A stretch of DNA of 64,000 nt, from positions 201,704-265,703 of the forward strand of contig CAWHOM010000003.1 of assembly GCA_963831015.1 (NCBI GenBank), given 5' to 3'. The translations under genes were made by a program, and so were the position numbers. The first letter of the stretch is position 1. Each line of letters opens with the position of its first letter. The notes under the pieces were generated by a model. The model had not been told where the DNA came from and ran no database searches. It saw nothing but the letters and a program-made list of their open reading frames with translations. Shown one piece after another: positions 8,800 through 17,873 of this stretch. The DNA comes from an uncultured Solirubrobacteraceae bacterium. GTDB lineage: Bacteria; Actinomycetota; Thermoleophilia; Solirubrobacterales; Solirubrobacteraceae.

Positions 8800-10857
8800 T
8801 CAGGTGATCAGCGGGATGATGAGCAGGGCAACGATGTTCGCCACTTTGATCATCGGGTTGATCGCCGGCCCGGCCGTGTCCTTGTACGGGTCGCCGACGG
8901 TGTCCCCGGTCACCGCCGCGGCATGGGCCTCCGATCCCTTGCCGCCGAACGCCCCGTCCTCGATCAGCTTCTTGGCGTTGTCCCAGGCGCCGCCGCCGGC
9001 GGTCATCGAGATCGCCATGAAAACGCCGACGACGATTACGCCGATCAGCAACCCGCCGAGCGCCTCCACGCTGATGATGCCGACGATCACGGTGAACACG
9101 ATCGGGATCAGCGCAGGGAGGATCATCTCGCGCTGAGCGGACTTGGTGACGATGTCCACGCAGGTGCCGTACTCCGGCAGCTCCGTGCCCTCCATGATCC
9201 CCGGATGCTCGCGGAACTGGCGCCGGACCTCCTCGACCACAGCGCTGCCCGCGCGGCCGACGGCCTCCATCGACAGCGCGGCGAACAGGTAGACCATCAG
9301 ACCGCCGACGAGCAGGCCGATCAGCACGGGCGGGTTGCCGATGCTGAAATTGACGATCTTGCCGTGGTTGTTGTCGGCGAGCTCCTGCTCGAAGGCGTTG
9401 AACAGCACCAGCGCGGCCAGTGCAGCGGAGCCGATGGCGTAGCCCTTGGTCACGGCCTTGGTGGTGTTGCCGACCGCGTCCAGCGGGTCGGTGATGTTGC
9501 GGACCTCCTCGGGCAGCTCCGCCATCTCGGCGATGCCGCCGGCGTTGTCGGTGATCGGCCCGAAGGCGTCCAGGGCGACGATCAGGCCACACAGGGATAG
9601 CTGCGACATCACCGCGACGCCGATGCCGTAGATCCCGTGGCCCAGCTTCCAGGCGCCGAAGATGCCGAGCGCAAGCACGATCACGGGCAGCGCGGTGGCC
9701 TGATAGCCCTGGGCGAGGCCCTGGATGATGTTGGTCGCGTGGCCCGTCTGCGACGCGCGCGCCGTGGACTTGACCGGGGCGAAGCGCGTCGACGTGTAGT
9801 AGTCGGTGATCACGAACAACAGCGCGGTCACGCCCAGGCCGATCAGCGCACACAGGTAGAAGTGCCACCACTTGGGCGCCCCGGCGCCGCTGTTGAGGGT
9901 CAGGCCGTGCATCAGCCAGTAGGTGACCGGGATGAAGACCAGCGCGGCCAGGCCACCCGAGAGGATCAGACCCTGATAGAGCGCGCGCTCGACGTTGCCG
10001 CTTTTGGACTTGACGGCGAACGTGCCGATGATCGAGGCGATGATCGATACGCCGCCCAGCACCAGCGGGTAGATCGCCACCGCGGAGATCTGGCTGAAGG
10101 TCAGCACGCCCAGCAGCATCACGGCCACGGCAGTGACGGCATAGGTCTCGAACAGGTCGGCCGCCATGCCGGCGCAGTCGCCCACATTGTCGCCCACGTT
10201 GTCGGCGATCACGGCCGGGTTGCGCGGATCGTCCTCGGGGATACCAGCCTCGATCTTGCCCACGAGGTCGGCGCCGACATCGGCGCCCTTGGTGAAGATT
10301 CCGCCGCCGAGGCGGGCGAACACCGAGATCAGCGAGCCGCCGAAGCCGAGGCCGATCAGCGCGTCGACCGCGTGGCGGGTGCTCTCGCCGGCGATCCAGG
10401 TGAGGATCCCGTAGTACGCGGCCACGCCGATGAGCGCCAGTCCGACGACCAGCATGCCGGTCACCGCGCCGCCGCGGAAGGCCACGTCGAGCGCCTTTGA
10501 GATACCACTGCGAGCGGCCTCGGCGACGCGGGCGTTGGCGCGCACGGACACGTTCATGCCGACGTATCCGGCCGAAGCCGACAACCCGGCGCCGATCAAG
10601 AAGCCGATCGCCACGCGGATGTTCTGCAGCGGAATCAGCACGATGAAGACGACGACGCCGACAGCGGCGATCGTCGTGTACTGCCGATTCAGATATGCGG
10701 AAGCGCCCTCCTGGACGGCCGCGGAGATCGCGCGCATGCGCTCGTTGCCCGGTGAAAGGGCGAGCAACGATCGTGAGGTGACGGCGCCGTAAACGATGGC
10801 GGCCGCCGCACACACAAGCGCGACCAGGACGCCATGGTGCGTCAAAAAGCTAGTCAA
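8800..10857 (-). CDS. hppA: Membrane-bound H+-translocating pyrophosphatase, K+-independent type
   Basis: [20 protein letters not shown] and [10 protein letters not shown] motifs. GNTTKA has Lys at the K+-dependence determinant. SD GGAGG precedes the TTG start. Confidence 0.95.
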   Translation of the reverse strand: MTSFLTHHGVLVALVCAAAAIVYGAVTSRSLLALSPGNERMRAISAAVQEGASAYLNRQYTTIAAVGVVVFIVLIPLQNIRVAIGFLIGAGLSASAGYVGMNVSVRANARVAEAARSGISKALDVAFRGGAVTGMLVVGLALIGVAAYYGILTWIAGESTRHAVDALIGLGFGGSLISVFARLGGGIFTKGADVGADLVGKIEAGIPEDDPRNPAVIADNVGDNVGDCAGMAADLFETYAVTAVAVMLLGVLTFSQISAVAIYPLVLGGVSIIASIIGTFAVKSKSGNVERALYQGLILSGGLAALVFIPVTYWLMHGLTLNSGAGAPKWWHFYLCALIGLGVTALLFVITDYYTSTRFAPVKSTARASQTGHATNIIQGLAQGYQATALPVIVLALGIFGAWKLGHGIYGIGVAVMSQLSLCGLIVALDAFGPITDNAGGIAEMAELPEEVRNITDPLDAVGNTTKAVTKGYAIGSAALAALVLFNAFEQELADNNHGKIVNFSIGNPPVLIGLLVGGLMVYLFAALSMEAVGRAGSAVVEEVRRQFREHPGIMEGTELPEYGTCVDIVTKSAQREMILPALIPIVFTVIVGIISVEALGGLLIGVIVVGVFMAISMTAGGGAWDNAKKLIEDGAFGGKGSEAHAAAVTGDTVGDPYKDTAGPAINPMIKVANIVALLIIPLIT

Positions 10858-10914
10858 GAAGGTCCTCCGGAGAAACTCTTAGTTAAGAAGCGCGGGGATT
10901 GCGCCTGCAAACGG

Positions 10915-10946
10915 AAAAAGGGGCCGCCGCCAGACGCGGAGACCCC
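10915..10946 (-). terminator. Intrinsic terminator-like hairpin upstream of hppA
   Basis: Minus strand GGGGTC-T-CCGC-gtctg-GCGG-C-GGCCCC followed by TTTTT. Confidence 0.55.
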
Positions 10947-11016
10947 GGCACGAAGCCGGGCGCGAGTCTAGCGTGCGCGCACGACTAACGTCGTGACTCG
11001 GTTCCCCCACCCGCGC

Positions 11017-11553
11017 TCATTGGCCGGGCACCCACAGGCGGCCACTGCGCTGAGCCGGCCCTCCGTCCCCTGGCTTGGGCTCCTCGGCCGGCGGCTGACC
11101 GGGACCCTGCGGGCCGGGTGGCGGGCCCGCCCCTGGATCGGCCGTCGGTGCCGCCGGGTCCGTGGGCCCCGCCCCGCCAGGCTCGGCTCCGCCAGGCCCG
11201 GCCGCGCCGGGCTCGGCCGCGCCCGGTGCCCGCTCGCCCGGCGCGCCGGGCGACCCTCCGAGGCGCACGAACGCCAGTTGGAGCTGCGACAGGGCGTCAC
11301 GGATCTGCCCGACCTGCGCGGGCGCGGAGCGCTCGATGAGCGGCAGCAGGGCGCGCACGGCCTCGATCGCCACCCGTACCTGATCGATGTCGCGCTCGTC
11401 CTCGGTGCCGGGGGCCAGGCCGGTGCGGCGCATGCCCAGGTTGATGATCGAGACGACCTGCTCGAGCAGGATCTGCTCGACGCGGATCTTCTTGATCTCG
11501 GCCTCGTAGGCGGCGCGGAGCTCTTCTTCTGAAGGTTGGCCGGTGGCGCTCAT
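11017..11553 (-). CDS. Hypothetical protein (DUF1844-like helical core, Pro/Gly-rich tail)
   Basis: ATGA overlap with ybdK. Helical core RDIDQVRVAIEA...DALSQLQLAFV; ends with LWVPGQ. Confidence 0.7.
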   Translation of the reverse strand: MSATGQPSEEELRAAYEAEIKKIRVEQILLEQVVSIINLGMRRTGLAPGTEDERDIDQVRVAIEAVRALLPLIERSAPAQVGQIRDALSQLQLAFVRLGGSPGAPGERAPGAAEPGAAGPGGAEPGGAGPTDPAAPTADPGAGPPPGPQGPGQPPAEEPKPGDGGPAQRSGRLWVPGQ

Positions 11554-12743
11554 CTCGTCTCCTCTCGGTTGGCGGGCCCCGCCCCGATCGCCGCGGGGTC
11601 CGGCGGGCCTGGAGAGTATGTCTCGCGAGTCTGCACCTGCGTCGCCTCATAGGCCTCGACGAGACTCATGCCGGACCGCAGCAGATCGCGCTGGCGCTGA
11701 GCGCCGTTGCGCGACGGCAGCGCCACCTCGATTCCCAGCTCGCCGCGGACCGGCTCGGTCCAGGTCAGCAACCGGTCGAGCGCCGCTGCCGCGGGGTAGG
11801 TCTCACGGCGCTCCAGGTCCAGCAGCTCGCCGTCCAGGCCGTAGCGCAGCGCCCGCCAGATGTTCTCCTCGATCAGCCGGTGGGGCAGGTCGGTGATCGG
11901 CACCTGCTCGTCGACGTCGCGCGCCGCCTGAGCCACGCAGGCGACGATCAGCGCGGTCAGCGCGTCGGACTCGGGCGCGGTCGGCTGAACGTCGCAGATC
12001 CGGACCTCGACCGTGCCGAAGGCGAAATGCGGCCGAATCGACCACCAAACCTGGGTGTACTCGACGATCGACCGCGTGGACACCAGCAGCTCGATGTAGT
12101 CGGCGAACGCGTCCCAGGTGCCAAACGGGTCGGGAACCCCGCAGCGTGGAAAGCTCTTGGTGAACGTCTGCGTGCGGGCGCTGGCCAGTCCCGAGTCGCG
12201 CCCGTCCAGAAACGGCGAGTTGGCCGAGATCGCCAGCAGGCTCGGAAGCACCGGCCGGAGGCGATCGCACACCAGGACGGCGCGGTCGGCCCCCTGCACG
12301 CCGACATGAACGTGCACCGAGAATGTGTTGTTGCGCCAGGCCACGTATTTCAGGCCCTCCTCGACGCGGCGGTAGTGCTCGGTCTGGATGATCTGCTGCT
12401 CGCGGTAATCAGAGAACGGGTGGGTGCCGGTGGCCCCCAGCTCCACCCCCTGATCGGCGGCCAGCGCGAACAGCCGCCGGCGAAGGTCCTGCTGGGCGGC
12501 GCGGGCCGCTGCCAGGTCCTCTCCCCGGCCGGAGCGGATCTCGATCTCCGACGAGATCAGCTCCCCTGAGATCGACTCGGCGAGCTGGGGGTCTGACTCC
12601 ACCGCGGCGTCTCGCAGCTGCTCGAAGCATCCCACCAGCTCGAGGCTCGTCGGGTCCAGGAGGGCGAACTCCTCCTCCATGCCGACGGTGAAGTCAGTCG
12701 CGGCGTCAAAAGCCGCCTGGGCGGTGTTCAGGTCGAGCTCCAC
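11550..12743 (-). CDS. ybdK: Glutamate--cysteine ligase family 2 / carboxylate-amine ligase
   Basis: FTVGMEEEF, HVHVG, SANSPF, WWSIRPH and GTVEVRICD motifs. Confidence 0.9.
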   Translation of the reverse strand: MELDLNTAQAAFDAATDFTVGMEEEFALLDPTSLELVGCFEQLRDAAVESDPQLAESISGELISSEIEIRSGRGEDLAAARAAQQDLRRRLFALAADQGVELGATGTHPFSDYREQQIIQTEHYRRVEEGLKYVAWRNNTFSVHVHVGVQGADRAVLVCDRLRPVLPSLLAISANSPFLDGRDSGLASARTQTFTKSFPRCGVPDPFGTWDAFADYIELLVSTRSIVEYTQVWWSIRPHFAFGTVEVRICDVQPTAPESDALTALIVACVAQAARDVDEQVPITDLPHRLIEENIWRALRYGLDGELLDLERRETYPAAAALDRLLTWTEPVRGELGIEVALPSRNGAQRQRDLLRSGMSLVEAYEATQVQTRETYSPGPPDPAAIGAGPANREETR

Positions 12744-12757
12744 GAGGGGGTCTCGGA

Positions 12758-13432
12758 CTAGGTCAGATAGAAGTAGAGCGCGTAGAGCAGGTCAACGGCG
12801 GGACTGGAGGTGTGGACCGTGACCTCGGGCGGGACCTGCAGCAGCGCATCTGAATAGTTGAAGATGATCTTCACCCCGGCCTCGACCAGGTCGCCGGCGA
12901 GCACCTGGGCGGCGGACGACGGCACCGCCAGCACGGCGACGACGATGTCCTGCTCGTCGACCACGGAGCGCAGCTCGGAGTTGTGGCGTACCTCGAGGTT
13001 GCCGATGTGCGTGCCGACGCGGGCGCGATCGACATCGAAGATGGCCACCACGCGGAAACCATGGTCGGCGAAGATGTCGGAGGTGGCGATCGCCGTGCCC
13101 AGATGCCCGGCGCCGAACAGGGCGATGTTGTGCTGGCCGGCGGTGTGCAGGATCTTGCGGATCTGGCTGACCAGCGACTCGACGTTGTAGCCGACGCCGC
13201 GCTTGCCGAACTTGCCAAAGCCGGACAGGTCACGGCGGATCTGCGTCGAGTTGACGTGCGTGTAGTCGGCCAGCTCCTGCGAGGAGATCGTCTCCTTGCC
13301 GATCTTGCGCGCCTGGGTGAGCACCTGCAGGTAGCGCGACAGCCGCGCGGCTACTCCAAGCGAAAGCTTCTCGCCCGGCTTCTCGAGGCCCGGCACGGCG
13401 GGCTCGGCGCCACGACCCACGGTATAGCTCAT
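12758..13432 (-). CDS. rex: Redox-sensing transcriptional repressor Rex
   Basis: ISSQELA, QIRRDLSGFGKFGKRGVGY and GAGHLG motifs. Confidence 0.95.
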   Translation of the reverse strand: MSYTVGRGAEPAVPGLEKPGEKLSLGVAARLSRYLQVLTQARKIGKETISSQELADYTHVNSTQIRRDLSGFGKFGKRGVGYNVESLVSQIRKILHTAGQHNIALFGAGHLGTAIATSDIFADHGFRVVAIFDVDRARVGTHIGNLEVRHNSELRSVVDEQDIVVAVLAVPSSAAQVLAGDLVEAGVKIIFNYSDALLQVPPEVTVHTSSPAVDLLYALYFYLT

Positions 13433-13444
13433 CGCCGACCAACC

Positions 13445-13681
13445 TTAGCCGAGCCGGCGCAGCAGCTCGGACTCGTCGACGAAAAGCTCGAATGCCTCCT
13501 CGCCGTCGATCGTCACGACTGGAATTCGCTCGAGATAAGCGCGGAGCAGAGCATCATCGCCGTCGATGTCGCACTCGCGCAGGGCAAAGGGCCGCCGGCC
13601 GCGCACCCGCAGCAGGACATCGCGGGCGTCGTCGCACAGGCAGCAGCCCTCACGTCCGTACAGCACGACCGTGTGGCTCAT
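13445..13681 (-). CDS. Glutaredoxin-like protein (DUF836)
   Basis: LYGREGCCLCD (CxxC) and IPVV motifs; 78 aa. Confidence 0.85.
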   Translation of the reverse strand: MSHTVVLYGREGCCLCDDARDVLLRVRGRRPFALRECDIDGDDALLRAYLERIPVVTIDGEEAFELFVDESELLRRLG

Positions 13682-14670
13682 GCGAGGGCTCGCTCGCCGC
13701 TGGCGTAGACGTCGAGCGACAGGTAATCGGGGAACGGGAGCGCCGGCACATAGCGAGCCGCCGAGGCGATCATCGCCGCGTTGTCGGTGCAGAGCTTGCG
13801 GTCCGGGACGTCCAGCTCCACGTCGAGTCGCGCCAGGCGCTCGCGCAGCGGACCGTTGGCGGCCACCCCTCCGCCCACGGCCAGCCGCCTCAGGCCGGTG
13901 TGCGCGAGCGCCCGTTCCGCGCGGACCGCCAGGGCCTCCACGATCGCGTGTTGATAGGCAGCCGCCAGATCGGCCCGCCGCCGCTCCGTCTCCGCCGGTC
14001 CGAGATCGCGGACGCGATACAGCAGCGCCGTCTTCAATCCCGCGAACGAGAAGTCCAGCCCGCGCAGCCGGGCGGCCGTGGGGAACGAGAACGCGGCCGG
14101 GTCTCCGTCGCGTGCCAGACGCTCCAGCGCCGGGCCGCCGGGGTAACCGAGGCCGAGCAGCCGCGCCCCCTTGTCAAACGCCTCTCCGGCGGCGTCGTCG
14201 AGCGTCTGCCCGAGCACCTCGAAGTCCGGCCCCCGGTCGTCGACGCGCGCCACGAACGTGTGCCCGCCGCTCGCAACCAGGCTGACGAACGGCGGCTCCC
14301 ATCCGGACGCGCCCAGAAAGCTGGCCGCCACGTGACCATGGAGGTGGTCCACGGGCGCCAGCGGCAGCTCGTGGGCGGCGGCCAGGGCCTTGGCGCTGGC
14401 CACCCCCACGAGCAGGGCGGCGACCAGTCCCGGGCCACGTGTGACCGCGACCAGCTCCAGCTCGGCCAGCGTGGTGCGCGCCTGGCGCAGGGCGTCGGCG
14501 ACGGCGTCGTCGATCAGCTCCAGATGATGGCGCGAGGCGATCTCGGGAACCACCCCGCCGTAGCGATCGTGGATCCCCTGCGACGAGATCACGTTGGCGA
14601 GGATTCGCCCGTCCTGCGTGACGACCGCCGCGCAGGTGTCGTCGCAGCTGGTCTCCAGCGCGAGGATCAC
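13678..14670 (-). CDS. tsaD: tRNA N6-adenosine threonylcarbamoyltransferase
   Basis: ILALETSCDDT, HLHGH, SGGHT, DDAAGEAFDK and CTDNAAMI motifs. GTG 14670 overlaps the rimI stop. Confidence 0.95.
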   Translation of the reverse strand: MILALETSCDDTCAAVVTQDGRILANVISSQGIHDRYGGVVPEIASRHHLELIDDAVADALRQARTTLAELELVAVTRGPGLVAALLVGVASAKALAAAHELPLAPVDHLHGHVAASFLGASGWEPPFVSLVASGGHTFVARVDDRGPDFEVLGQTLDDAAGEAFDKGARLLGLGYPGGPALERLARDGDPAAFSFPTAARLRGLDFSFAGLKTALLYRVRDLGPAETERRRADLAAAYQHAIVEALAVRAERALAHTGLRRLAVGGGVAANGPLRERLARLDVELDVPDRKLCTDNAAMIASAARYVPALPFPDYLSLDVYASGERALA

Positions 14671-15149
14671 CCGGGCGCACCCGACGTCGACACCGTCTCC
14701 GCCGTGCGCCACATGATCACCGCGTCCTCGCCGTTGTCGCGGTAGTAGCGCGGCCGCTTGCCCGCCGAACGGAAGTGCAGCCGTTCGTAAAGGGCGATCG
14801 CGGGCGTGTTGGAGGTCCGCACCTCAAGCGTGTACTGCTGCTCGGGGCCGGCCTCACGGATCATCTGCTCGAGCAGCGCCCAGGCGATTCCTCGCCGGCG
14901 CAGGATCGGCTCGACGGCAACGTTCATCAGATGCCAGACGGTGTCGTAGCGAGAGCACACCAGGTATCCGACGAGCCTCGACGTCCGGCTGTCGACGGCG
15001 GCCAGGCACACGCCCGACGGCTTGGACAATTCGAGCACGAACATCGCCAGCGACCACGGCGTGGTGAACGCGCGTCGCTCGATCGCGATCACCTGCGGGA
15101 GATCGGCGTAGGCCAGGGGACGAATCGTCGGTGGGTCAAAGGAGGTCAT
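14667..15149 (-). CDS. rimI: Ribosomal protein S18 alanine N-acetyltransferase
   Basis: GNAT motifs NVAV..RRRGIA, TLEVRTSN and RPRYYRDNGEDA; lies between tsaB and tsaD. Confidence 0.92.
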   Translation of the reverse strand: MTSFDPPTIRPLAYADLPQVIAIERRAFTTPWSLAMFVLELSKPSGVCLAAVDSRTSRLVGYLVCSRYDTVWHLMNVAVEPILRRRGIAWALLEQMIREAGPEQQYTLEVRTSNTPAIALYERLHFRSAGKRPRYYRDNGEDAVIMWRTAETVSTSGAPG

Positions 15150-15879
15150 GGGGTGGGCGGCCGCCGCGGGCACGGAGCGTGAGCTCGGCATCCGGAAGGC
15201 GCAGATACGCCGGGCGTATCTCGTCGAGGTTCTGGGACGGCAGGCCGATCGCCAGACGGCAGTGGTCGATGGCGCTGACGCGATGCAGGTCTGAGCCGTC
15301 CTCGGGAATCAAGGCTCCCGAGCGCTCGAGAACCGATCTGAATTCTACCGCCCCCTCCCCCACCGCCAGCCAACCGACGGCCGGTCCCGGCGCCGCTTCG
15401 GCGAGCTCCTGGGGCGGTAGCACGCACGGCGCCAGCAGCGGTTGCGCCGCCGGATCGGCGACCGCGCCGGGCGACCAGCCGGCGGCGAACACCTCGCCGC
15501 GCCGGGCATCCAGCACCGCCAGCACGGGCCGGCCCTCGTCAGTGGCGGCGGCCGCCGCCCCGTACGCCAGGGAGCGCAGCGTCGAGACGCCGACCAGCGG
15601 CAGGTCGCGTGCGGCCGCCAGCGCCCGCGCCGTCGAGATCCCGATCCGCAGGCCGGTGAACGTACCCGGACCGATGCCGACCGCGATCCGGCTGAGATCC
15701 CCCCAGCCGTGGCCGGCAGCGCCCAGAGCCTCCACCGCGAGCTCGAGCAGCCGCGTCGTGTGGCGCGGTCGCTCACCCGGGGGAGGGTCATCGCGGCGCG
15801 CGGCGACCGTCCCGGCGGTGACGTCCAGCACGGCGACCGTCGTCGCTCGGGTTGCCGTGTCCAGCCCGAGGATCAGCAC
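15136..15879 (-). CDS. tsaB: tRNA threonylcarbamoyladenosine biosynthesis protein TsaB
   Basis: LGLDTAT, GPGTFTGLRIG, DARRGEVF and PAYLR motifs. Confidence 0.93.
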   Translation of the reverse strand: MLILGLDTATRATTVAVLDVTAGTVAARRDDPPPGERPRHTTRLLELAVEALGAAGHGWGDLSRIAVGIGPGTFTGLRIGISTARALAAARDLPLVGVSTLRSLAYGAAAAATDEGRPVLAVLDARRGEVFAAGWSPGAVADPAAQPLLAPCVLPPQELAEAAPGPAVGWLAVGEGAVEFRSVLERSGALIPEDGSDLHRVSAIDHCRLAIGLPSQNLDEIRPAYLRLPDAELTLRARGGRPPHDLL

Positions 15880-15893
15880 GGCCAGAGCACCGG

Positions 15894-16364
15894 CTAGTCC
15901 ACCACGATGTGTCGCCGGTCGCCGCCGGCGTGCTCCAGGCTGACCCGGGCGGCGATGCGACCCAGGCCGGCGAGGGTCGCCTCCTCGCCCTGAGGCCACT
16001 CGACGAACGAGATCGTCTCCGGTCCCAGGTAGTCGTCCAGCAGGTCGGGATCCTCGTCGGCCAGCGAGACCAAGCGATACAGGTCCACGTGGGCGATGAC
16101 CAGATCCCGCCCGTCGACCGGATCCGGCCCGTCGACCCGATCGCGCCCACCCGCCGCCGGATAGCGCTGGCCGATCGTGAAGGTGGGACTGGTCACGGGC
16201 ACGCTGACCCCAAGCCGGCGGGCGGCCCCGCGCACGAACGTCGTCTTGCCGGCGCCCAGCTCACCGGAGACGAGCACCACGTCGCCGGGGCCCAGCTCAG
16301 CGGCCAGGCGAGCGGCCAGCGCCTCGGTCTGGGCTGCGCCGGTGGACTCGAACTTCCCCCGCAC
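15894..16364 (-). CDS. tsaE: tRNA threonylcarbamoyladenosine biosynthesis ATPase TsaE
   Basis: GELGAGKT, VTSPTF, HVDLYRL and VEW motifs. Confidence 0.93.
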   Translation of the reverse strand: MRGKFESTGAAQTEALAARLAAELGPGDVVLVSGELGAGKTTFVRGAARRLGVSVPVTSPTFTIGQRYPAAGGRDRVDGPDPVDGRDLVIAHVDLYRLVSLADEDPDLLDDYLGPETISFVEWPQGEEATLAGLGRIAARVSLEHAGGDRRHIVVD

Positions 16365-16439
16365 GCGAAAGACTCTAGTGACGCCCGGGGGCGGGGCGAG
16401 AGTGCAGCCGCCCACCCGTTCGCTACCGTCCGTGGCGTC

Positions 16440-17873
16440 ATGACCACTCCCCCGACCGACGAGGCCCCGGGGCGGATCGCGGCGCTCATCAAGCGTGTCA
16501 CCGGCGGGCGCGAGGGAGTCCCCAACTCGCTCGCCGATCTGCGGGGCTCAGAGACGGCCAAGGCCGCCGGGCTGGCCGGCGCGATGATCGCCAACAACGT
16601 GATCGCGCTCGGCTCGACCGTCGTGTTCGCCCGGCTGCTCAAGGACAACCAGGGCGGCGGCTACGGGTCGCTGGCCGCGCTGGTCAGCTACTTCTTGATC
16701 CTGTCGGTCGTGGGCCAGGCGCTGCAGGTGGCCACGGCCCGCGAGGGGGTCCTAGGTCATCTCGGCACCGGCGCCGGGCTGGCGGCCACGGTCCGCCAGT
16801 GGACCCGGTCGATGGCCGTCTTCACGGTCGTCATCTCGGTCGTCTCGGTCCTCCTGCGCCACCCGATCGCCTCGGCGGTGGGGGTCAAGCACAACGCGTG
16901 GGCGGCCGCGCTCGGACTTCCCGCGGCCGCGTTGTGGCTGGAGCTCTCGATTCTGCGGGGAGTGCTGCAGGGCCTCGGCGACTATCAGGGCGTGGGCCTC
17001 AGCCTGATCGGCGAGCAGGGTGCTCGCCTGGTCCTGGGCGCGACCCTGGCCGCGGCCGGGCTGGGTGTGACCGGCGCCTACCTGGGCACGCCGCTGTCGT
17101 TCATCGCGATGGGCTCGTACTGCGCGTGGCGGCTGCACCGCCACGTCCAGGCCACCCTGGCAGAGCCCGGGCAGCGCGGTCCCGTGCCGGCGGCCGCGCT
17201 CTCGCTGATGGCCCACGTCAAGCGCGCCTGGGCGCCGATCGCCGGGCTGATCGTGATCGCGGTACTCCAGAACATCGACATCATCGCCGCCAAGCACCGC
17301 TTCTCAACCTCGCTGGCCAGCTCCTATGGAGCGACCGCGGTCGCCGCCAAGGTGCTCATCTGGGTCGCGATGGGCGCCGGCTTCTATCTGGTGCCCGAGG
17401 TTTCCCGTCGGCGAGCCTCCGGCGAGGACCCCCGCCCGATCCTGGCGCGCGCGCTCGGAATCATCGCGGTGTGCGCCGTACCGGTGCTCCTGATCTTCGC
17501 GTTCGCCTCGCACCCGCTGATCAAGCTCGCCTTCGGCGCCAGTAAGGCCCACGCCTCCGGCTCGCTCCTGGTGCTCGGGCTGGCCTTCACGGTCCTCGCC
17601 TGCACATACCTGGCAATCCAGTACCTGCTGGCGCTCAGGCGCACGTGGTTCCTCGTCGCGGTTGCGCTGGTGGCCGTCGCCGAACCGATCCTGCTGCTCA
17701 ACGCGTCGCGCAAGCCGACGGGCTTCGCCGCCGTGGTGCTCGCCATCCAGACGGTGGGCGCGCTGGTGGCGTTCGGGTTCGCATTGCGGCGCGGTCCCGC
17801 CGCGCCGGCGCCGCCCATCGAACCCACGCGGATGGCCCCGGACATCGAGCCGATCCCGGAGGCCGTCGGCTGA
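16440..17873 (+). CDS. Polysaccharide biosynthesis / flippase-like (MOP superfamily) membrane protein
   Basis: About 12 TM segments with YGSLAAL and RGVLQG motifs. Start at MTTPP (ATG 16440). Confidence 0.7.
   Translation: MTTPPTDEAPGRIAALIKRVTGGREGVPNSLADLRGSETAKAAGLAGAMIANNVIALGSTVVFARLLKDNQGGGYGSLAALVSYFLILSVVGQALQVATAREGVLGHLGTGAGLAATVRQWTRSMAVFTVVISVVSVLLRHPIASAVGVKHNAWAAALGLPAAALWLELSILRGVLQGLGDYQGVGLSLIGEQGARLVLGATLAAAGLGVTGAYLGTPLSFIAMGSYCAWRLHRHVQATLAEPGQRGPVPAAALSLMAHVKRAWAPIAGLIVIAVLQNIDIIAAKHRFSTSLASSYGATAVAAKVLIWVAMGAGFYLVPEVSRRRASGEDPRPILARALGIIAVCAVPVLLIFAFASHPLIKLAFGASKAHASGSLLVLGLAFTVLACTYLAIQYLLALRRTWFLVAVALVAVAEPILLLNASRKPTGFAAVVLAIQTVGALVAFGFALRRGPAAPAPPIEPTRMAPDIEPIPEAVG

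Noticed and set aside
8129-10813. 894-aa ORF overlapping hppA, plus many other long antisense or alternate-frame ORFs (e.g. 26173-28155, 60369-62417)
   Set aside because: These are Arg/Gly/Pro-rich shadow ORFs expected from stop-codon scarcity at high GC, overlapping well-supported genes.
10972-10995. Palindromes near rex as a Rex operator
   Set aside because: They do not match the TTGTGAA-N4-TTCACAA consensus in sequence or spacing.
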